From IMG/VR virus record IMGVR_UViG_2687453522_000001: 64,000 bases of DNA; one strand, 5' to 3'. The stretch is from a virus. Lineage: Duplodnaviria; Heunggongvirae; Uroviricota; Caudoviricetes. Below the pieces are notes generated by a model that was not told the origin of the DNA, did no database searches, and saw nothing but the letters and a program-made list of their open reading frames with translations. The position numbers and the translations under genes are program-made. Shown here piece by piece: positions 1 to 11,044 of this stretch (positions within the stretch are counted from its first letter, which is position 1; each line of letters opens with the position of its first letter).

Positions 1-97
1 AAAATCGAGAGCCTTTGTTAATGGACGATTCAGCGCGCCGCTGATAGTAATAGTCCAACAACTGACTCTTATAGAGGTTTGTTGAGACGTCAGACAT
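1..97 (-). CDS. 5' end of a minus-strand gene running off the window start (partial, product unknown)
   Basis: ATG at 97..95 on minus strand with AGGGA-like SD 8-12 nt upstream; frame stays open to position 1. Too short for the ORF track. Confidence 0.25.
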   Translation of the reverse strand, partial: MSDVSTNLYKSQLLDYYYQRRAESSINKGSRF

Positions 98-175
98 GAT
101 TTTCCCTAATCAATGTTGTGAAGCCTCATTGTAAGATAAGTAACTTGTCACCCCGCCCTGCGGACGGGGTGATTG

Positions 176-1015
176 TCACGCATCGCTATCCAACAGCAAA
201 TCATCTGCGCGGGTGCGATCAAACGTAGGCGTTACTTTCACAATAGCGCCACCAGGCGTTGCGGTGATCGGGGCGCTAATCGACGTAACTCCAGTAAGCG
301 AAGTTGTATCCGAAGTTTCAAACCAGCAGAATGCTTTTTCGGTATCAGAAATCTCGTTCAAAGTGATCATGTCGGCCTGTTCATTTACAACAACCGACAA
401 ATAGAGCGTAAGCCCATCAAACACTATATGCAGTGGCAGTAGAGGCTTTACGAACTGATTAAACTTTCTGAGAATTTCTTCTGTAATTGCGGACTGATCT
501 ATCGTTCCAGTAATACCCATTGTCTGGGCCAGGTCGTTTATGGGAATACTGATCATTCCTCTGGAAGTCAGAAACATCTCGCCGAATGTGCCGCCGGTAG
601 TTTCCAGTGTGCTTTCTGGAATCAGGACCGTGCCATAGGGATGACGTTCAAAGTCCACCGGAGCATATATGGGATCCCATAAAACCGATATACCGTTAAA
701 TTCGCGATAAATTGTCTGGTTTATAGGGCGTTCAGTACCCTTAAAATGGATCTCATCAAACCGCTGTTGTAACAACATCGGAACGGAAGATGAATTCGAC
801 GTTCTGATAGTAAAAAACTGGCCAAGTTCATTTGTCCTAGTCTCCAGATCCTCCTTGCTCATGGAGAAAATAGACTTCCGGTTGGTAATTCGCTCCAACC
901 ATGGGTCAACAAAGGTGTCCATCATTGACTGAACCAAATCAGCCAATGATTTATAAAGTAATGACTTTTGCTTAGCTGATGTAAGCCGGTTATTAAACCA
1001 GGAACGCTGCATCAC
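176..1015 (-). CDS. baseplate/tail structural protein
   Basis: 279-aa ORF last in a co-directional block downstream of the tape-measure-like gene; stop/start overlap with the upstream ORF. Function from position only. Confidence 0.5.
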   Translation of the reverse strand: MMQRSWFNNRLTSAKQKSLLYKSLADLVQSMMDTFVDPWLERITNRKSIFSMSKEDLETRTNELGQFFTIRTSNSSSVPMLLQQRFDEIHFKGTERPINQTIYREFNGISVLWDPIYAPVDFERHPYGTVLIPESTLETTGGTFGEMFLTSRGMISIPINDLAQTMGITGTIDQSAITEEILRKFNQFVKPLLPLHIVFDGLTLYLSVVVNEQADMITLNEISDTEKAFCWFETSDTTSLTGVTSISAPITATPGGAIVKVTPTFDRTRADDLLLDSDA

Positions 1016-2445
1016 TCCTCCTCATACGAAATATTAAAGGTGGAGTTTTCTGTATCCAGATAAACGAAATCGTAAAAGCCGTTGGACTCATTCCACTCGA
1101 CAAATTCCAGATAAAAGTCGCGGAAATAACCCAGCGTTTCGATAAATGCCCAAACGTCTTTTTTCTTGATTAGGATGTACTTGCCGACACGGTTCGGATC
1201 AAAGAAAGTTGAGTCACGCCCAAATTTTGTTTCCAGTGCCGACTTCAGCTCATCAGTCACGTTCTCAATGGTCAGGCTTGCCGATATCCGCCCAGTGATA
1301 GTGATCTTAAAGGGGAGTTTTCTGACCTCTTTATACGAGAATTTCTTGTTCAACTCATTCGGCACCTTCTTAAAGGCAGCCAGGATCATTTCTTCAAGCT
1401 CTGACTGGCTTTTGTTTGGATGCCATCCTGAAATAAATATCTTATTGATATTCCGAACATTATAAGCACCATCTAATTTCTCTTGCTGGCCTTCGCCCCA
1501 TGCCTTTACCCAGGACAGTCCCGGGATGTTACGCACCAAAAAATACGTATAGTCCCCGCCCCATACGACCTGATCATCATAGGCAAGGTAATATTGTGCA
1601 CGATTACGTGTGATCTCCGTTGTTTCGGCATCGGTACCTGCGGTTATGGGTGTCGTTGTCTTAACTGAAATCAAATTAGCTAAATTAGCCGCAGAATCGA
1701 CAGGCGTCAGGTTTTGGCCAGCAACCAGGGTTATATCTCCGTTGGTGCACCATACCTTAAGTGTAATGGTCGAGCCTTCTGGCGGTATTTGCCCAATTAG
1801 CCCATCACCGAATCGAACCCCCAACTGCTCGGATGGCTTATAAAACTCAACGTAGACCTGGCTTTTACTACCGGCTAACCGGAACATAGTGCTGGAAGAC
1901 CACTGCGTGGTCTTACCATCGGTCGTCACGAATACTTCCAGCTTATAGCAGACAGCAGTGAGAGCCTTTGATAACACGACTTCCAGAAATTCTTTGGCTG
2001 CCGTAACGGTATATGTCACCTCCTGGATTTCCAACTGTGCCACTTCTACCGTACCGGTGCCGTCAACCAACCTGCATACATCCATAGTCATGTAAGGGTA
2101 CTGGTCGTCAGATATTAAAGGCATGTTTTTGGGGATTACCGCTGGGGCATCTTCACTTGTGGCGGTGATCTCAATCATCCCCGATGACGGTGTTGGCTTG
2201 GTACCAACGTAACTATTCGTTTCTGCCGCTGCCAGGATAGAGGAACGCCGCGTCGCGGTCGATATAAAGCCTTCAGACAGCGCCGCATCGGCATACTGAA
2301 AGCACCTGTAGACAATCTGGGTAATAAACAATGTCAGCATCGAGACAAATTGAGAGCCGACAAACTTCGACCAGAATGAATCTTTCTCGACAAGCTCTTC
2401 AAACTCTGCACGAATACTGTCTTTAGTCGGTGTTGTTTTACTCAT
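1012..2445 (-). CDS. baseplate structural protein (J-like by position and size)
   Basis: 477-aa ORF, translationally coupled on both sides within the tail/baseplate block. Confidence 0.5.
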   Translation of the reverse strand: MSKTTPTKDSIRAEFEELVEKDSFWSKFVGSQFVSMLTLFITQIVYRCFQYADAALSEGFISTATRRSSILAAAETNSYVGTKPTPSSGMIEITATSEDAPAVIPKNMPLISDDQYPYMTMDVCRLVDGTGTVEVAQLEIQEVTYTVTAAKEFLEVVLSKALTAVCYKLEVFVTTDGKTTQWSSSTMFRLAGSKSQVYVEFYKPSEQLGVRFGDGLIGQIPPEGSTITLKVWCTNGDITLVAGQNLTPVDSAANLANLISVKTTTPITAGTDAETTEITRNRAQYYLAYDDQVVWGGDYTYFLVRNIPGLSWVKAWGEGQQEKLDGAYNVRNINKIFISGWHPNKSQSELEEMILAAFKKVPNELNKKFSYKEVRKLPFKITITGRISASLTIENVTDELKSALETKFGRDSTFFDPNRVGKYILIKKKDVWAFIETLGYFRDFYLEFVEWNESNGFYDFVYLDTENSTFNISYEEE

Positions 2446-2801
2446 AGCACCACGTCCTGTGTGATAGTTATATCCCTGATACGAATGGATATTTTCAACT
2501 TATCAAAAGCATCTCCCTCGGCTACTGACAAGCCAGAAATCGGTATGTCAGGTAAATCTACCGTCAGTTTTTGCAACAGCATTGCCTCAACCGCAATTTG
2601 AACATGCGACAAGTTGGTCGGTTCGTGTTTAAACTGCGGTAAAACATTGCCCCATGACGGATCTCCGTATACCTCACCCTGATAAGTGTTTAGCCACTCA
2701 TATAAACGAGCGCCCCAGGCCTCCTCCTGGGACTCATACGTTTTTACGCCGGATAACTCCAGCGTCAGTAAAGGATCAATTTCATTATTGTTGGCCATCA
2801 A
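2442..2801 (-). CDS. small baseplate wedge-like protein
   Basis: 119-aa ORF immediately downstream of the tape-measure-like gene with overlapping stop/start; assignment by position and size. Confidence 0.4.
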   Translation of the reverse strand: MMANNNEIDPLLTLELSGVKTYESQEEAWGARLYEWLNTYQGEVYGDPSWGNVLPQFKHEPTNLSHVQIAVEAMLLQKLTVDLPDIPISGLSVAEGDAFDKLKISIRIRDITITQDVVL

Positions 2802-5800
2802 TCAACTCTCGCGTAGTCATTCATCAACGGATCATCAATTGACAGTGGCACCGTGCGCATAACGCCCGGTTGAGGCGTGCTGACCTTTACGACAGTTCCC
2901 TGGCCTTTCGCCGAGTCTTTAGTGTGCTCTTCAATCCTGGCAAGCAATGAGGTCATCTGCGCAAACAGCCGCTTCGTTTCACCATCAAGTGAAACGGTAT
3001 TATCAGCCAACTGCATTGTCGGCTTGGCACCGGAGCCGCCAAGGTCACTAATAACCTGTCCGTCTATCTGCATACGACCGGTTGGTTGCTGCAAATCGTT
3101 GGCGGCAGTCGTCACCTGGGACGTGGAGGCTGGTTCAGGCGCATTATTTTTCCGCATCCCCGGCGAGTTGCGGAGTTTATCAAATAGTCCATCAATCCCC
3201 ATTTGTGCGCCGAGTTGGTCAAAGTAACTTGAGTTGCTGGCCACCGGACGCGCCTCTTCAACTGGCATCGGAGTATCAACATACACATTGCCAGCTGCTG
3301 TTGCGGTCCCCTTCCCTCGTGCACGTTCTTCGAGCGTTCCCTGAACGACTTCCCGACGCATACCCCGGCCATTCATGAATTTGTTGACCAGATCGTTAAC
3401 GCCAACAGCATTGCCAATTTTGTCTACCAGACCGCCTTTCTCAAACGGGCTATCACCAGGGGTAAACGCCAGGCCAGTAGACTGATCGATAACAGCGTTA
3501 TCAGGCAGTGGTCCCCTCACTCCATATTGCGCCCCACCCTGTGCTCCTGCTCCAGGTGTATAGATTTCACCACCTAAATAGCGAGCACGATGAGTATTGA
3601 CCTTGATCGCGTACTCACGGTTTTCTTTCGATAAGTCACCTGTGCCTTTTTTCCACTTATTGATAGTGCCAAACCCAGCATTATATGCAGTGATGGCCTC
3701 GTTTAAGTCTCCATTGGCTTGCTTCAGATATTTGCTCATGAGAAGAGCCGCAGCTTCTGCCGATTTCACAGGATCAAACGATTCACCTTCAGCTAAGCCA
3801 GTCTCTTCACGAGCAATCCCCGTGAACTGAAACATCCCCAGAGCACCGGTTTGGGATTTTGCATACGGATTACCACCAGATTCAGTTGCAGCAATCGCGT
3901 AAAGAGTGCCTTCTGGAAGACCGTATTTATTCTCTAGTTCAGCAAAATACGGAGCCAACTTATCGAGATTTGCCTTACCTTCAGCTCCAAGACTTCCGAC
4001 TTTTACATCCAAGTTGCCATTATTGTAGGTATCCGCAGCTTTCTGAATATCATTCCTGGTTCCAGTAGTATTACGCGACGATGATGACGAGCTATTTTGA
4101 CCAATAGCTTTATCAATTTTCTGCAACGCGCTATTGCCCGTTTCTACAGCATTTGCATTGATTATCTGATTGGCAGTTTCTTTAACTGTTTTATTGCTAT
4201 CTTTCGCCGTATCTAGGGATGCATTTACAACACGAGTGACAATATTAGCCTTTTTAGAGGTATATTCAGTCTTAGGAGCATTGTCCTCCTGACGTTCTTT
4301 AGCAGGTGTTTTTAATTCAGGTGTAACCTCTTTCGCATCCGCTTTATTGACTAGCTTTGATGCAACCCAGGCCACTGGGGTGCTCTGAACAGCGGCATCT
4401 GCAACCTCACCTGAAAGCTCTTTTGCGGCACTCCATAGATTACTGCCAGCTTCTTTAATGTATTTCCCTGGGTTCTTAATGAAATCAATTGCACTATCAA
4501 TTGCATCACTGAAAACCTTTTTCAGGTTATCGACAGTAAAGAAGTCTTTGATGGCGTCTAATTTTTCGTTCAGACTCTTGGTTGTGTCACTGAACCAGGC
4601 TGAAATAGCATCGCCAATCTTGGCTGTGTAATCGTTGAATGTTGTGGATATGGTGTCACCAAGGTTAGAAATATATGTTTCTAAATTGGTAATCCCACTA
4701 TCAATGGCCTGGGCAATACTTTCCGTCGAAAATGATTGCAACATATTGCCGATATCCTCAAATCCAAGTGATTTGAGAACGCCACCAATGGCATTGCTAA
4801 TACCAGATACCAGTCCTCCCATATCGAGAACGTTAGCCAGTGTATAAGCCGCTTTTTGCTGAAAAGATGGATCTTCCCCATCCTTAAGCCCAAAGGTCCG
4901 ACGTTGTGCTTCTGTATCATTCCAACCGGTTACCGCATCATAGATACCTCCAGCCACCGTGCCGACTAGCGGAATTGCGCGTAAAGCCCCCTTTGCAAAA
5001 GCCTTAACACCTAGTTTCTCCAATCCCTTAGTTGCAAGTTTTCCGGCACCGCGAGTAGCCAATTCGCCAGCTTCTTTGGCAGCAGCTTTTTTCCCACCAA
5101 AGCCCAATAAGCTTGCAACTTTTTTTATACCTAAAGCGCCTAGTGCCATCGAGCCAACTTTCTTTAGTGCCCCACGGCCAAAAATAAGGGAAGCAATACC
5201 ACCGGCCCCCTTCCCTAACAGGCTAAATAATTTGGACAGCAAGCCGCCCTTCTTTTTCCCGGTGTTTTTGGCTATCTGATCAAGGGCGCTGAGAATCTTG
5301 TCATTGCCCTCTTTAATTTCGCTGGTCTGATCCTGAAGTTCCTGAACCGTCCGTTTTTGGGTGTTAACCTGAACGACATCGGCACTATTTTGCGATTTAC
5401 GCCTAAAAAAACCTTTTCTACGGCTGTTATCGTCATTGCCACGAATCACATCGGCAATAGACTTTCTGGCGCCATTAAGCGATCCACCAACTTCTTTTGA
5501 TATCCCGCCAAGCTCCTTCCCTGCTGCCCACAATGGACCAGCAACGGCATAACCTAACGCATCGACGGCACGAGTCTCTGAAGGGTTACCTATGCCTTCA
5601 GCTACTTTTGACAGTTTTTTTAATAAACCTGATTCAGCATTTAGACGCTCATCATCCTCTTTGCGCCTGGCCTTTTCAGCACGTTCAGCACGGGCATCTT
5701 CCGCTGCGGCCTTACTCCCTGACTTTCCAATAAAACGACCACGCGCATCGCGTTGGTTTTGGCTTTTTTGCGCACCGCCTTTTTGATCGAACATTTCGCG

Positions 5801-6493
5801 AGCGTGTTCGGCTGCTTCGGTCCGTTGTGCCTTTATATCCTCTGATATAGCCTTCCTGCGTCTTTTTTTACCCTTTGGTGTAGTTGATTTGGCCTGCTGT
5901 TCCTGTTGAGCAATGCCCTCCTGAACTACACGAGAAACGTCCCCTAAATTAAGCCGTTTCATTGCGTCAACAATAGGGTCTACTGATGGCGCATTGGCCA
6001 CAAAGTCTGGCCGGGAATTTTCGATTGTTCGATTTAATGCCGACACACTGCGAGATACTGGGTCAACCGTTGCAACGCGTTCCCCTTTCAAATCACGAGC
6101 GAGTTTGACCGTTTCTAACCGCTGTGCTTTAACATCCTCTGTTATTGCCTCTCTTCGTCTATTTGGGGGATTGTGCGCTGTTGGTGCAGCCTGCTGTTCA
6201 CGGTTAGTGACTTTGTCCTCCCGTATACGAGAAGCGTCCCCTAAATTAAGCCGTTTCATTGCGTCAACAATAGAGTCCACTGATGGCACATTGGTCACAA
6301 AGTCAGGACGTGAATTTTCGATTGTGCGATTTAATGCCGACACACTGCGAGAGACAGGATCAACAGTTGCAACTCGTTCCCCTTTCAAATCTTCAACAGC
6401 TTCCCGAATACCTGCAAGCTCTTCCAGCTCTTTCGCGCTGGCGGTTTCAACTGTCCTTATAACATCGTCAATATTGGCGTTTTTTCTTTCCAT
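2798..6493 (-). CDS. sit: tail tape-measure-like protein with lytic transglycosylase domain (P1 Sit-like)
   Basis: 1231 aa; SLT-type motif block (GMFQFTGIAREETG ... AITAYNAG), Gly/Ala/Lys-rich membrane-interacting segment, internal 99-aa tandem repeat. Confidence 0.8.
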   Translation of the reverse strand: MERKNANIDDVIRTVETASAKELEELAGIREAVEDLKGERVATVDPVSRSVSALNRTIENSRPDFVTNVPSVDSIVDAMKRLNLGDASRIREDKVTNREQQAAPTAHNPPNRRREAITEDVKAQRLETVKLARDLKGERVATVDPVSRSVSALNRTIENSRPDFVANAPSVDPIVDAMKRLNLGDVSRVVQEGIAQQEQQAKSTTPKGKKRRRKAISEDIKAQRTEAAEHAREMFDQKGGAQKSQNQRDARGRFIGKSGSKAAAEDARAERAEKARRKEDDERLNAESGLLKKLSKVAEGIGNPSETRAVDALGYAVAGPLWAAGKELGGISKEVGGSLNGARKSIADVIRGNDDNSRRKGFFRRKSQNSADVVQVNTQKRTVQELQDQTSEIKEGNDKILSALDQIAKNTGKKKGGLLSKLFSLLGKGAGGIASLIFGRGALKKVGSMALGALGIKKVASLLGFGGKKAAAKEAGELATRGAGKLATKGLEKLGVKAFAKGALRAIPLVGTVAGGIYDAVTGWNDTEAQRRTFGLKDGEDPSFQQKAAYTLANVLDMGGLVSGISNAIGGVLKSLGFEDIGNMLQSFSTESIAQAIDSGITNLETYISNLGDTISTTFNDYTAKIGDAISAWFSDTTKSLNEKLDAIKDFFTVDNLKKVFSDAIDSAIDFIKNPGKYIKEAGSNLWSAAKELSGEVADAAVQSTPVAWVASKLVNKADAKEVTPELKTPAKERQEDNAPKTEYTSKKANIVTRVVNASLDTAKDSNKTVKETANQIINANAVETGNSALQKIDKAIGQNSSSSSSRNTTGTRNDIQKAADTYNNGNLDVKVGSLGAEGKANLDKLAPYFAELENKYGLPEGTLYAIAATESGGNPYAKSQTGALGMFQFTGIAREETGLAEGESFDPVKSAEAAALLMSKYLKQANGDLNEAITAYNAGFGTINKWKKGTGDLSKENREYAIKVNTHRARYLGGEIYTPGAGAQGGAQYGVRGPLPDNAVIDQSTGLAFTPGDSPFEKGGLVDKIGNAVGVNDLVNKFMNGRGMRREVVQGTLEERARGKGTATAAGNVYVDTPMPVEEARPVASNSSYFDQLGAQMGIDGLFDKLRNSPGMRKNNAPEPASTSQVTTAANDLQQPTGRMQIDGQVISDLGGSGAKPTMQLADNTVSLDGETKRLFAQMTSLLARIEEHTKDSAKGQGTVVKVSTPQPGVMRTVPLSIDDPLMNDYARVD
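5930..6397. repeat. two tandem copies of a 297-bp unit inside sit (in frame, about 99 aa each)
   Basis: CGTCCCCTAAATTAAGCCGTTTCATTGCGTCAACAATAG... occurs at 5938 and again at 6235, offset 297 bp; protein shows LKGERVATVDPVSRSVSALNRTIENSRPDF twice. Confidence 0.85.
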
Positions 6494-6574
6494 GATCTTA
6501 TCGCCTACCGTTTCGGTTTAAGTTTTTCTTCCAGTTTCTCCAACAGGAAAAACGCATAGGATTCAGTAAGCCTT

Positions 6575-7456
6575 TCAGCGTCCTGAATCGGTATACCCCC
6601 ATACAAAACCAGGTTGGACACTAAGGTCTGATAGCTTTTCAATCCCCACCTGTGGAATGAAGTCGGTAGCCCGAAAGGGCACCCACAGACGGGTATACGC
6701 ACCCTCTGTGGACTCCTTTGTATCCTGGTTTGGGCATTTGTGCGGCGGGAGACGAAGACGCATTTCGCCTTTATCGATGTAGCACGGTAAACCATGTTCG
6801 AGCTTTTCATGAGCCAGCCGGATGTGTGCCGCCAGCTTCATAAATTCAGTATCAATGGCCATCCGTTTGATCGTTTCATAACGACGCTCAGCCTGCTCTT
6901 CACGAGTACCGCTAACATCGTTATAAAGTTCACACTGATAAGCGAATTCCCAAAAACGCAAATCAACGATCGCTTCTTTGAATTCCGCGTCGTCTTCAGG
7001 TGGCAATGCTGCTCGGCGCATCTCCAGCATTTCCATTGCCCAACCATCAAGCGGCACGATACGCCATTGATAAGGCACGCCCTCTACAGACACCTCAATA
7101 TCGTCAATGAACGGTTCCACTTCCAGGACCTGGATATCTTCAGCCAGAGCATTCATATCGCAATCGTAATAATGCTCTTTACCGCAATGTTTACAGGTGT
7201 AGGTAAATGTCTCGATCGGTGTTTCGCGGGAGCCAGTAAATATCCACCATAACGCGGTAATCCGGTCCTGTGCCGTCCATTTCAGTGGATCATGTTTCGC
7301 AGCTTCAGCCAGCAAGGCTTTTAAATACGCTGTTGTCTGCTGTTCTTGTTCCTCCGGTGTTATCGAGTTGAAACGCATCGCATCAGCAATATTTGGCTGA
7401 CGGAACTGGATTAATTCAGTTGGCCGCGATGGTAGCGGGAAAAGGGGTAAAAGCAT
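6575..7456 (-). CDS. tail-module protein of unknown function (Cys-rich CKHCGKEHYYDCDM motif)
   Basis: 293-aa ORF directly upstream of sit on the same strand; possible Zn-binding cluster. Confidence 0.5.
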   Translation of the reverse strand: MLLPLFPLPSRPTELIQFRQPNIADAMRFNSITPEEQEQQTTAYLKALLAEAAKHDPLKWTAQDRITALWWIFTGSRETPIETFTYTCKHCGKEHYYDCDMNALAEDIQVLEVEPFIDDIEVSVEGVPYQWRIVPLDGWAMEMLEMRRAALPPEDDAEFKEAIVDLRFWEFAYQCELYNDVSGTREEQAERRYETIKRMAIDTEFMKLAAHIRLAHEKLEHGLPCYIDKGEMRLRLPPHKCPNQDTKESTEGAYTRLWVPFRATDFIPQVGIEKLSDLSVQPGFVWGYTDSGR

Positions 7457-7470
7457 CCTTGCTCCTTAAT

Positions 7471-8082
7471 TTAAAGCGAAAAACTAAAGCCCAGAAGGGA
7501 AGCTAAAGAACTTGAGGATTGGTTAAACGTGCTGTGCAACGCGAAGGTCATTGGGAATGACTTAAATTCCGTAACCTGATCCCGCGCATAGGTGACATCG
7601 CCGGTAGTGACCGGGAATACCGTCATCTCATTTTCCAGTTTGGTTAAACCGGAGGACAGCAACCGATAAATACGCACATTGAGCAAATATTTAGACGGTA
7701 TATTCCCGGTACCGTCCGGATTGATCACCCGACTTTTTGCCGTCTTAAACCAGTCCAAAACGAGGCCATCAACGGTATCCCTGACCATCATTGTTATCTG
7801 CCCAGGCGAACGCTCCGTTGGCTGAAGGATATTCCCTCCGCCGATTTTAATCGTTTCATATTCGATGCTGTAATCGTGGTAGGTAATGTCTTTAGCAAAG
7901 AAGTCTGCCCCCTCCAGACCATCAACTTCGACAGAGAACTGCCATCCTTGCGCGAACAGCATTTTGTTCATGATGATTGACGTCAGCTTACCAACTTCCC
8001 GCTCACCAACGCCGGAGCCAAATAATGTCGTCGTTAATGCCGAAGATACATAAGACTTTACTGAAGCAACATTAAGCCCCAT
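7471..8082 (-). CDS. tail-module structural protein (tube-like size)
   Basis: 203-aa ORF in the same operon-like block; assignment by position. Confidence 0.45.
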   Translation of the reverse strand: MGLNVASVKSYVSSALTTTLFGSGVGEREVGKLTSIIMNKMLFAQGWQFSVEVDGLEGADFFAKDITYHDYSIEYETIKIGGGNILQPTERSPGQITMMVRDTVDGLVLDWFKTAKSRVINPDGTGNIPSKYLLNVRIYRLLSSGLTKLENEMTVFPVTTGDVTYARDQVTEFKSFPMTFALHSTFNQSSSSLASLLGFSFSL

Positions 8083-8092
8083 ATCAGCCCCC

Positions 8093-8683
<591 letters not shown>

Positions 8684-8853
8684 TTAACCGATTCTACGAG
8701 TAGTCATTTGTTCATTGAGTGGGAATATTGCCGTCCGGGAGTAATATGGTATCATTAAGTTAGAGTAGGTAGTGTAGATGGAATGAGGAGTATCATATGG
8801 TTATCACACAATCAGGTTGCTTTGAGTCAGGTTGTTTTGAGTAAAACAATAAA

Positions 8854-8879
8854 ACGCCCTTTAATGGGCGTATTTTTTT
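8854..8879. terminator. hairpin plus T-run (terminator-like) at the edge of the AT-rich island
   Basis: ACGCCC-TTTAA-TGGGCGT followed by TTTTTTT; lies between divergent gene starts. Confidence 0.4.
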
Positions 8880-8889
8880 AGGATTTAAA

Positions 8890-9783
8890 ATGCATTCTTT
8901 ACAGAAATACATAAAACATAAATATACTCACTTAACTTTTTTTCTCTCATTACTTTTCTTCATGATATTTGAATCTCGAGAAGATATTATCAAGAAAACA
9001 TTATCTTTTTCTCTCGATGAAGTTTTACCATTCTTAATGTTTGCGTTCTTCTCCGCCTTTATCAGCATAACGATAAAGGAAAAGATAGCAAAAAAATACC
9101 CAGAAACAAACGATGGGATTACCATTATAGCTTTAATCTTTGGTGTAACGCTATATAGTGTATTTATATTATATTATTTATATGGTGATGTATACCAATC
9201 CACAATTGCTTTACTTATAAGTTCTGTGCTACTTGGTTCTGGGTGGTGGGTTCAGGCTACTGTGAGTAAAGTAGCCGCAAGAAAATCACACACCTTAAAT
9301 ACACTAATGAATCAAAGAAACAGTGAATTATTTCACAAAAAAGTCTCATCGGTAGCGAATACGTTCGGGCTTAGAAAAACCATAAATGAAATTATTGCCA
9401 AACAAAGACTTATCCCAAATGATAAAGATTTAAAAAATAAAAAGGTCCATGATAAATACATATCAGCAGGTAATGATATGTTCTTCGTTCTTAATTATTA
9501 TGAGTTTATCTGTTCAGGAATAATAAATGGAGACTTTGATGAAGATTCAATGAGAGAATGTCTTGGACAAATTGTTCCAGGTCTCGAAGTTAGAGCATTT
9601 CATTTTATAAGAATTGCAAGAGAAATTTCAGGGAGTAGCTGCTTCTGTAATTTTGTTGCTGTTTCAGATAAATGGTCTACTAATGGAGGCTCTCTTATTC
9701 TCAGACACGAGAAAGGAGAACCTGTGATCAATAACCTGACCCATTGCTTTGAAGAAACAGCCTGTTATAACACAACATCTTAA
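8890..9783 (+). CDS. polytopic membrane protein with C-terminal soluble domain, unknown function
   Basis: 297 aa; about four hydrophobic helices in the first 125 aa, then a Cys-containing soluble domain; strongly AT-rich coding sequence. Confidence 0.6.
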   Translation: MHSLQKYIKHKYTHLTFFLSLLFFMIFESREDIIKKTLSFSLDEVLPFLMFAFFSAFISITIKEKIAKKYPETNDGITIIALIFGVTLYSVFILYYLYGDVYQSTIALLISSVLLGSGWWVQATVSKVAARKSHTLNTLMNQRNSELFHKKVSSVANTFGLRKTINEIIAKQRLIPNDKDLKNKKVHDKYISAGNDMFFVLNYYEFICSGIINGDFDEDSMRECLGQIVPGLEVRAFHFIRIAREISGSSCFCNFVAVSDKWSTNGGSLILRHEKGEPVINNLTHCFEETACYNTTS

Positions 9784-9789
9784 TATTTT

Positions 9790-9816
9790 GTAACCCATAA
9801 TCGCTTTATGGGTTAC
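9790..9816. terminator. bidirectional terminator hairpin between convergent genes
   Basis: GTAACCCATAA-TCGCT-TTATGGGTTAC perfect 11-bp stem with AT-rich flanks. Confidence 0.5.
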
Positions 9817-9834
9817 GTTAAATTTGCAATAAAA

Positions 9835-10311
9835 TTAATCGCCGCGCTTTAAGCATCCATCGTTTTTAGCTTGTTGATATAATTTACTTAGCCCAGAAAG
9901 AGGAAATGTGGCAATTTTTTCATTATCAACATAAGCATCGATCGCATTAGCATTTGAATCTGCTGCATCTTGCCAAAAGGCATACCACCAAGAATCTCCA
10001 ACCATTGACCCAAGATTGCTAAAAGGGTATTGCTCACCATCTAATGTTAATACTATTTTACTCTTGTCAGCATTATACTCTTTTTTATTATTCGACGACC
10101 TTAGCAACAGGCCTAAACTACCGGCACTATCTGGTGATCCATACATGAAACCCATATCACATAAAAAACTTATCTTATCACCATTTTGATTATGGATTGT
10201 ATATTCTCTCCCCCCTCTATCTTCAATTACATTCCATTGTAGAGGATCAATTTTTGCAAATACTCCTGCTGAAATTAACGATACAAATAATAAAAACCAT
10301 CTCATATTCAT
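9835..10311 (-). CDS. secreted/periplasmic protein, unknown function
   Basis: 158 aa; N-terminal signal-peptide-like MNMRWFLLFVSLISAGVFA; AT-rich. Confidence 0.6.
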   Translation of the reverse strand: MNMRWFLLFVSLISAGVFAKIDPLQWNVIEDRGGREYTIHNQNGDKISFLCDMGFMYGSPDSAGSLGLLLRSSNNKKEYNADKSKIVLTLDGEQYPFSNLGSMVGDSWWYAFWQDAADSNANAIDAYVDNEKIATFPLSGLSKLYQQAKNDGCLKRGD

Positions 10312-10333
10312 TTTTTTCGCTTCTTATCTGTAA

Positions 10334-10684
10334 TTATTCTGCAATATCATTTGCCCATTGCACGGCAGCAAAATGAGTGCCCAAGCCACTCAGGAAAGCA
10401 ATTATTCCCAAAACAATACTAGCTGCTGTTGATTCAAACAAAGCACCAATGCTATAGCCAATAGCTCCCCATACTAAGCTAAAGACAATCATCAATGGTA
10501 TTGCCAGAAATTTTATTCTTAAACTAAAAATCAGTCCAAGAAATGAACCGCCAAAGGCCCACCATGATTTAGACATTAAACCTATCAGTATTGACAGAAT
10601 TCCTATTTCAATAAAGAGAATATTAGATTGCTCTTCATTGAATTTCGCATTTGTTACACCTTTACGAACATGTTCAGATGACAT
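10334..10684 (-). CDS. small integral membrane protein, unknown function
   Basis: 116 aa with 3-4 hydrophobic helices; upstream of and co-directional with the secreted protein gene. Confidence 0.6.
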   Translation of the reverse strand: MSSEHVRKGVTNAKFNEEQSNILFIEIGILSILIGLMSKSWWAFGGSFLGLIFSLRIKFLAIPLMIVFSLVWGAIGYSIGALFESTAASIVLGIIAFLSGLGTHFAAVQWANDIAE

Positions 10685-10830
10685 GATTAACTATCTCCAG
10701 CCACAGATAAAACGCCTTAAAATAACATTTTGTAGCACAAAGTTTCACCATGCAATGGTCAAAGTCTTTGATCCATATCAATTAGAGTTATACATTTTAG
10801 TTGCATAGCTAATAATTTATACGGACACAA

Positions 10831-10847
10831 ATTGCTCTAATTATTTT
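10831..10847 (+). promoter_or_regulatory. C1-type operator-like site
   Basis: ATTGCTCTAATTATTTT, close to the 17-bp ATTGCTCTAATAAATTT motif recurring in this window. Confidence 0.45.
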
Positions 10848-11044
10848 GTTTTTTTAGTTTCATATGCTACATTAACTCGCTTGCGTGCTAATGCATTTTC
10901 GGTTTATCCTAAACAAGCATCTTAGTAAAACGGATGCCGGGATTGGAACCCCGGATAATGCAAAAGGCGACACAGACGCCAAAAGCGTCTTTTTTATGTC
11001 ATGCCATCGCACAACCATACGTAGCACATAGCTACGAGATCAAT

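Noticed and set aside
5994-6521. Plus-strand ORF (175 aa) with internal duplication
   Set aside because: Antisense to the tape-measure gene; its repeat simply mirrors the 297-bp tandem duplication; no independent start signals.
8816-8842. 15-bp near-direct repeat CAGGTTGCTTTGAGT / CAGGTTGTTTTGAGT
   Set aside because: Only two copies, adjacent, inside a divergent promoter region; insufficient to call a regulatory repeat, though it could be a binding site.
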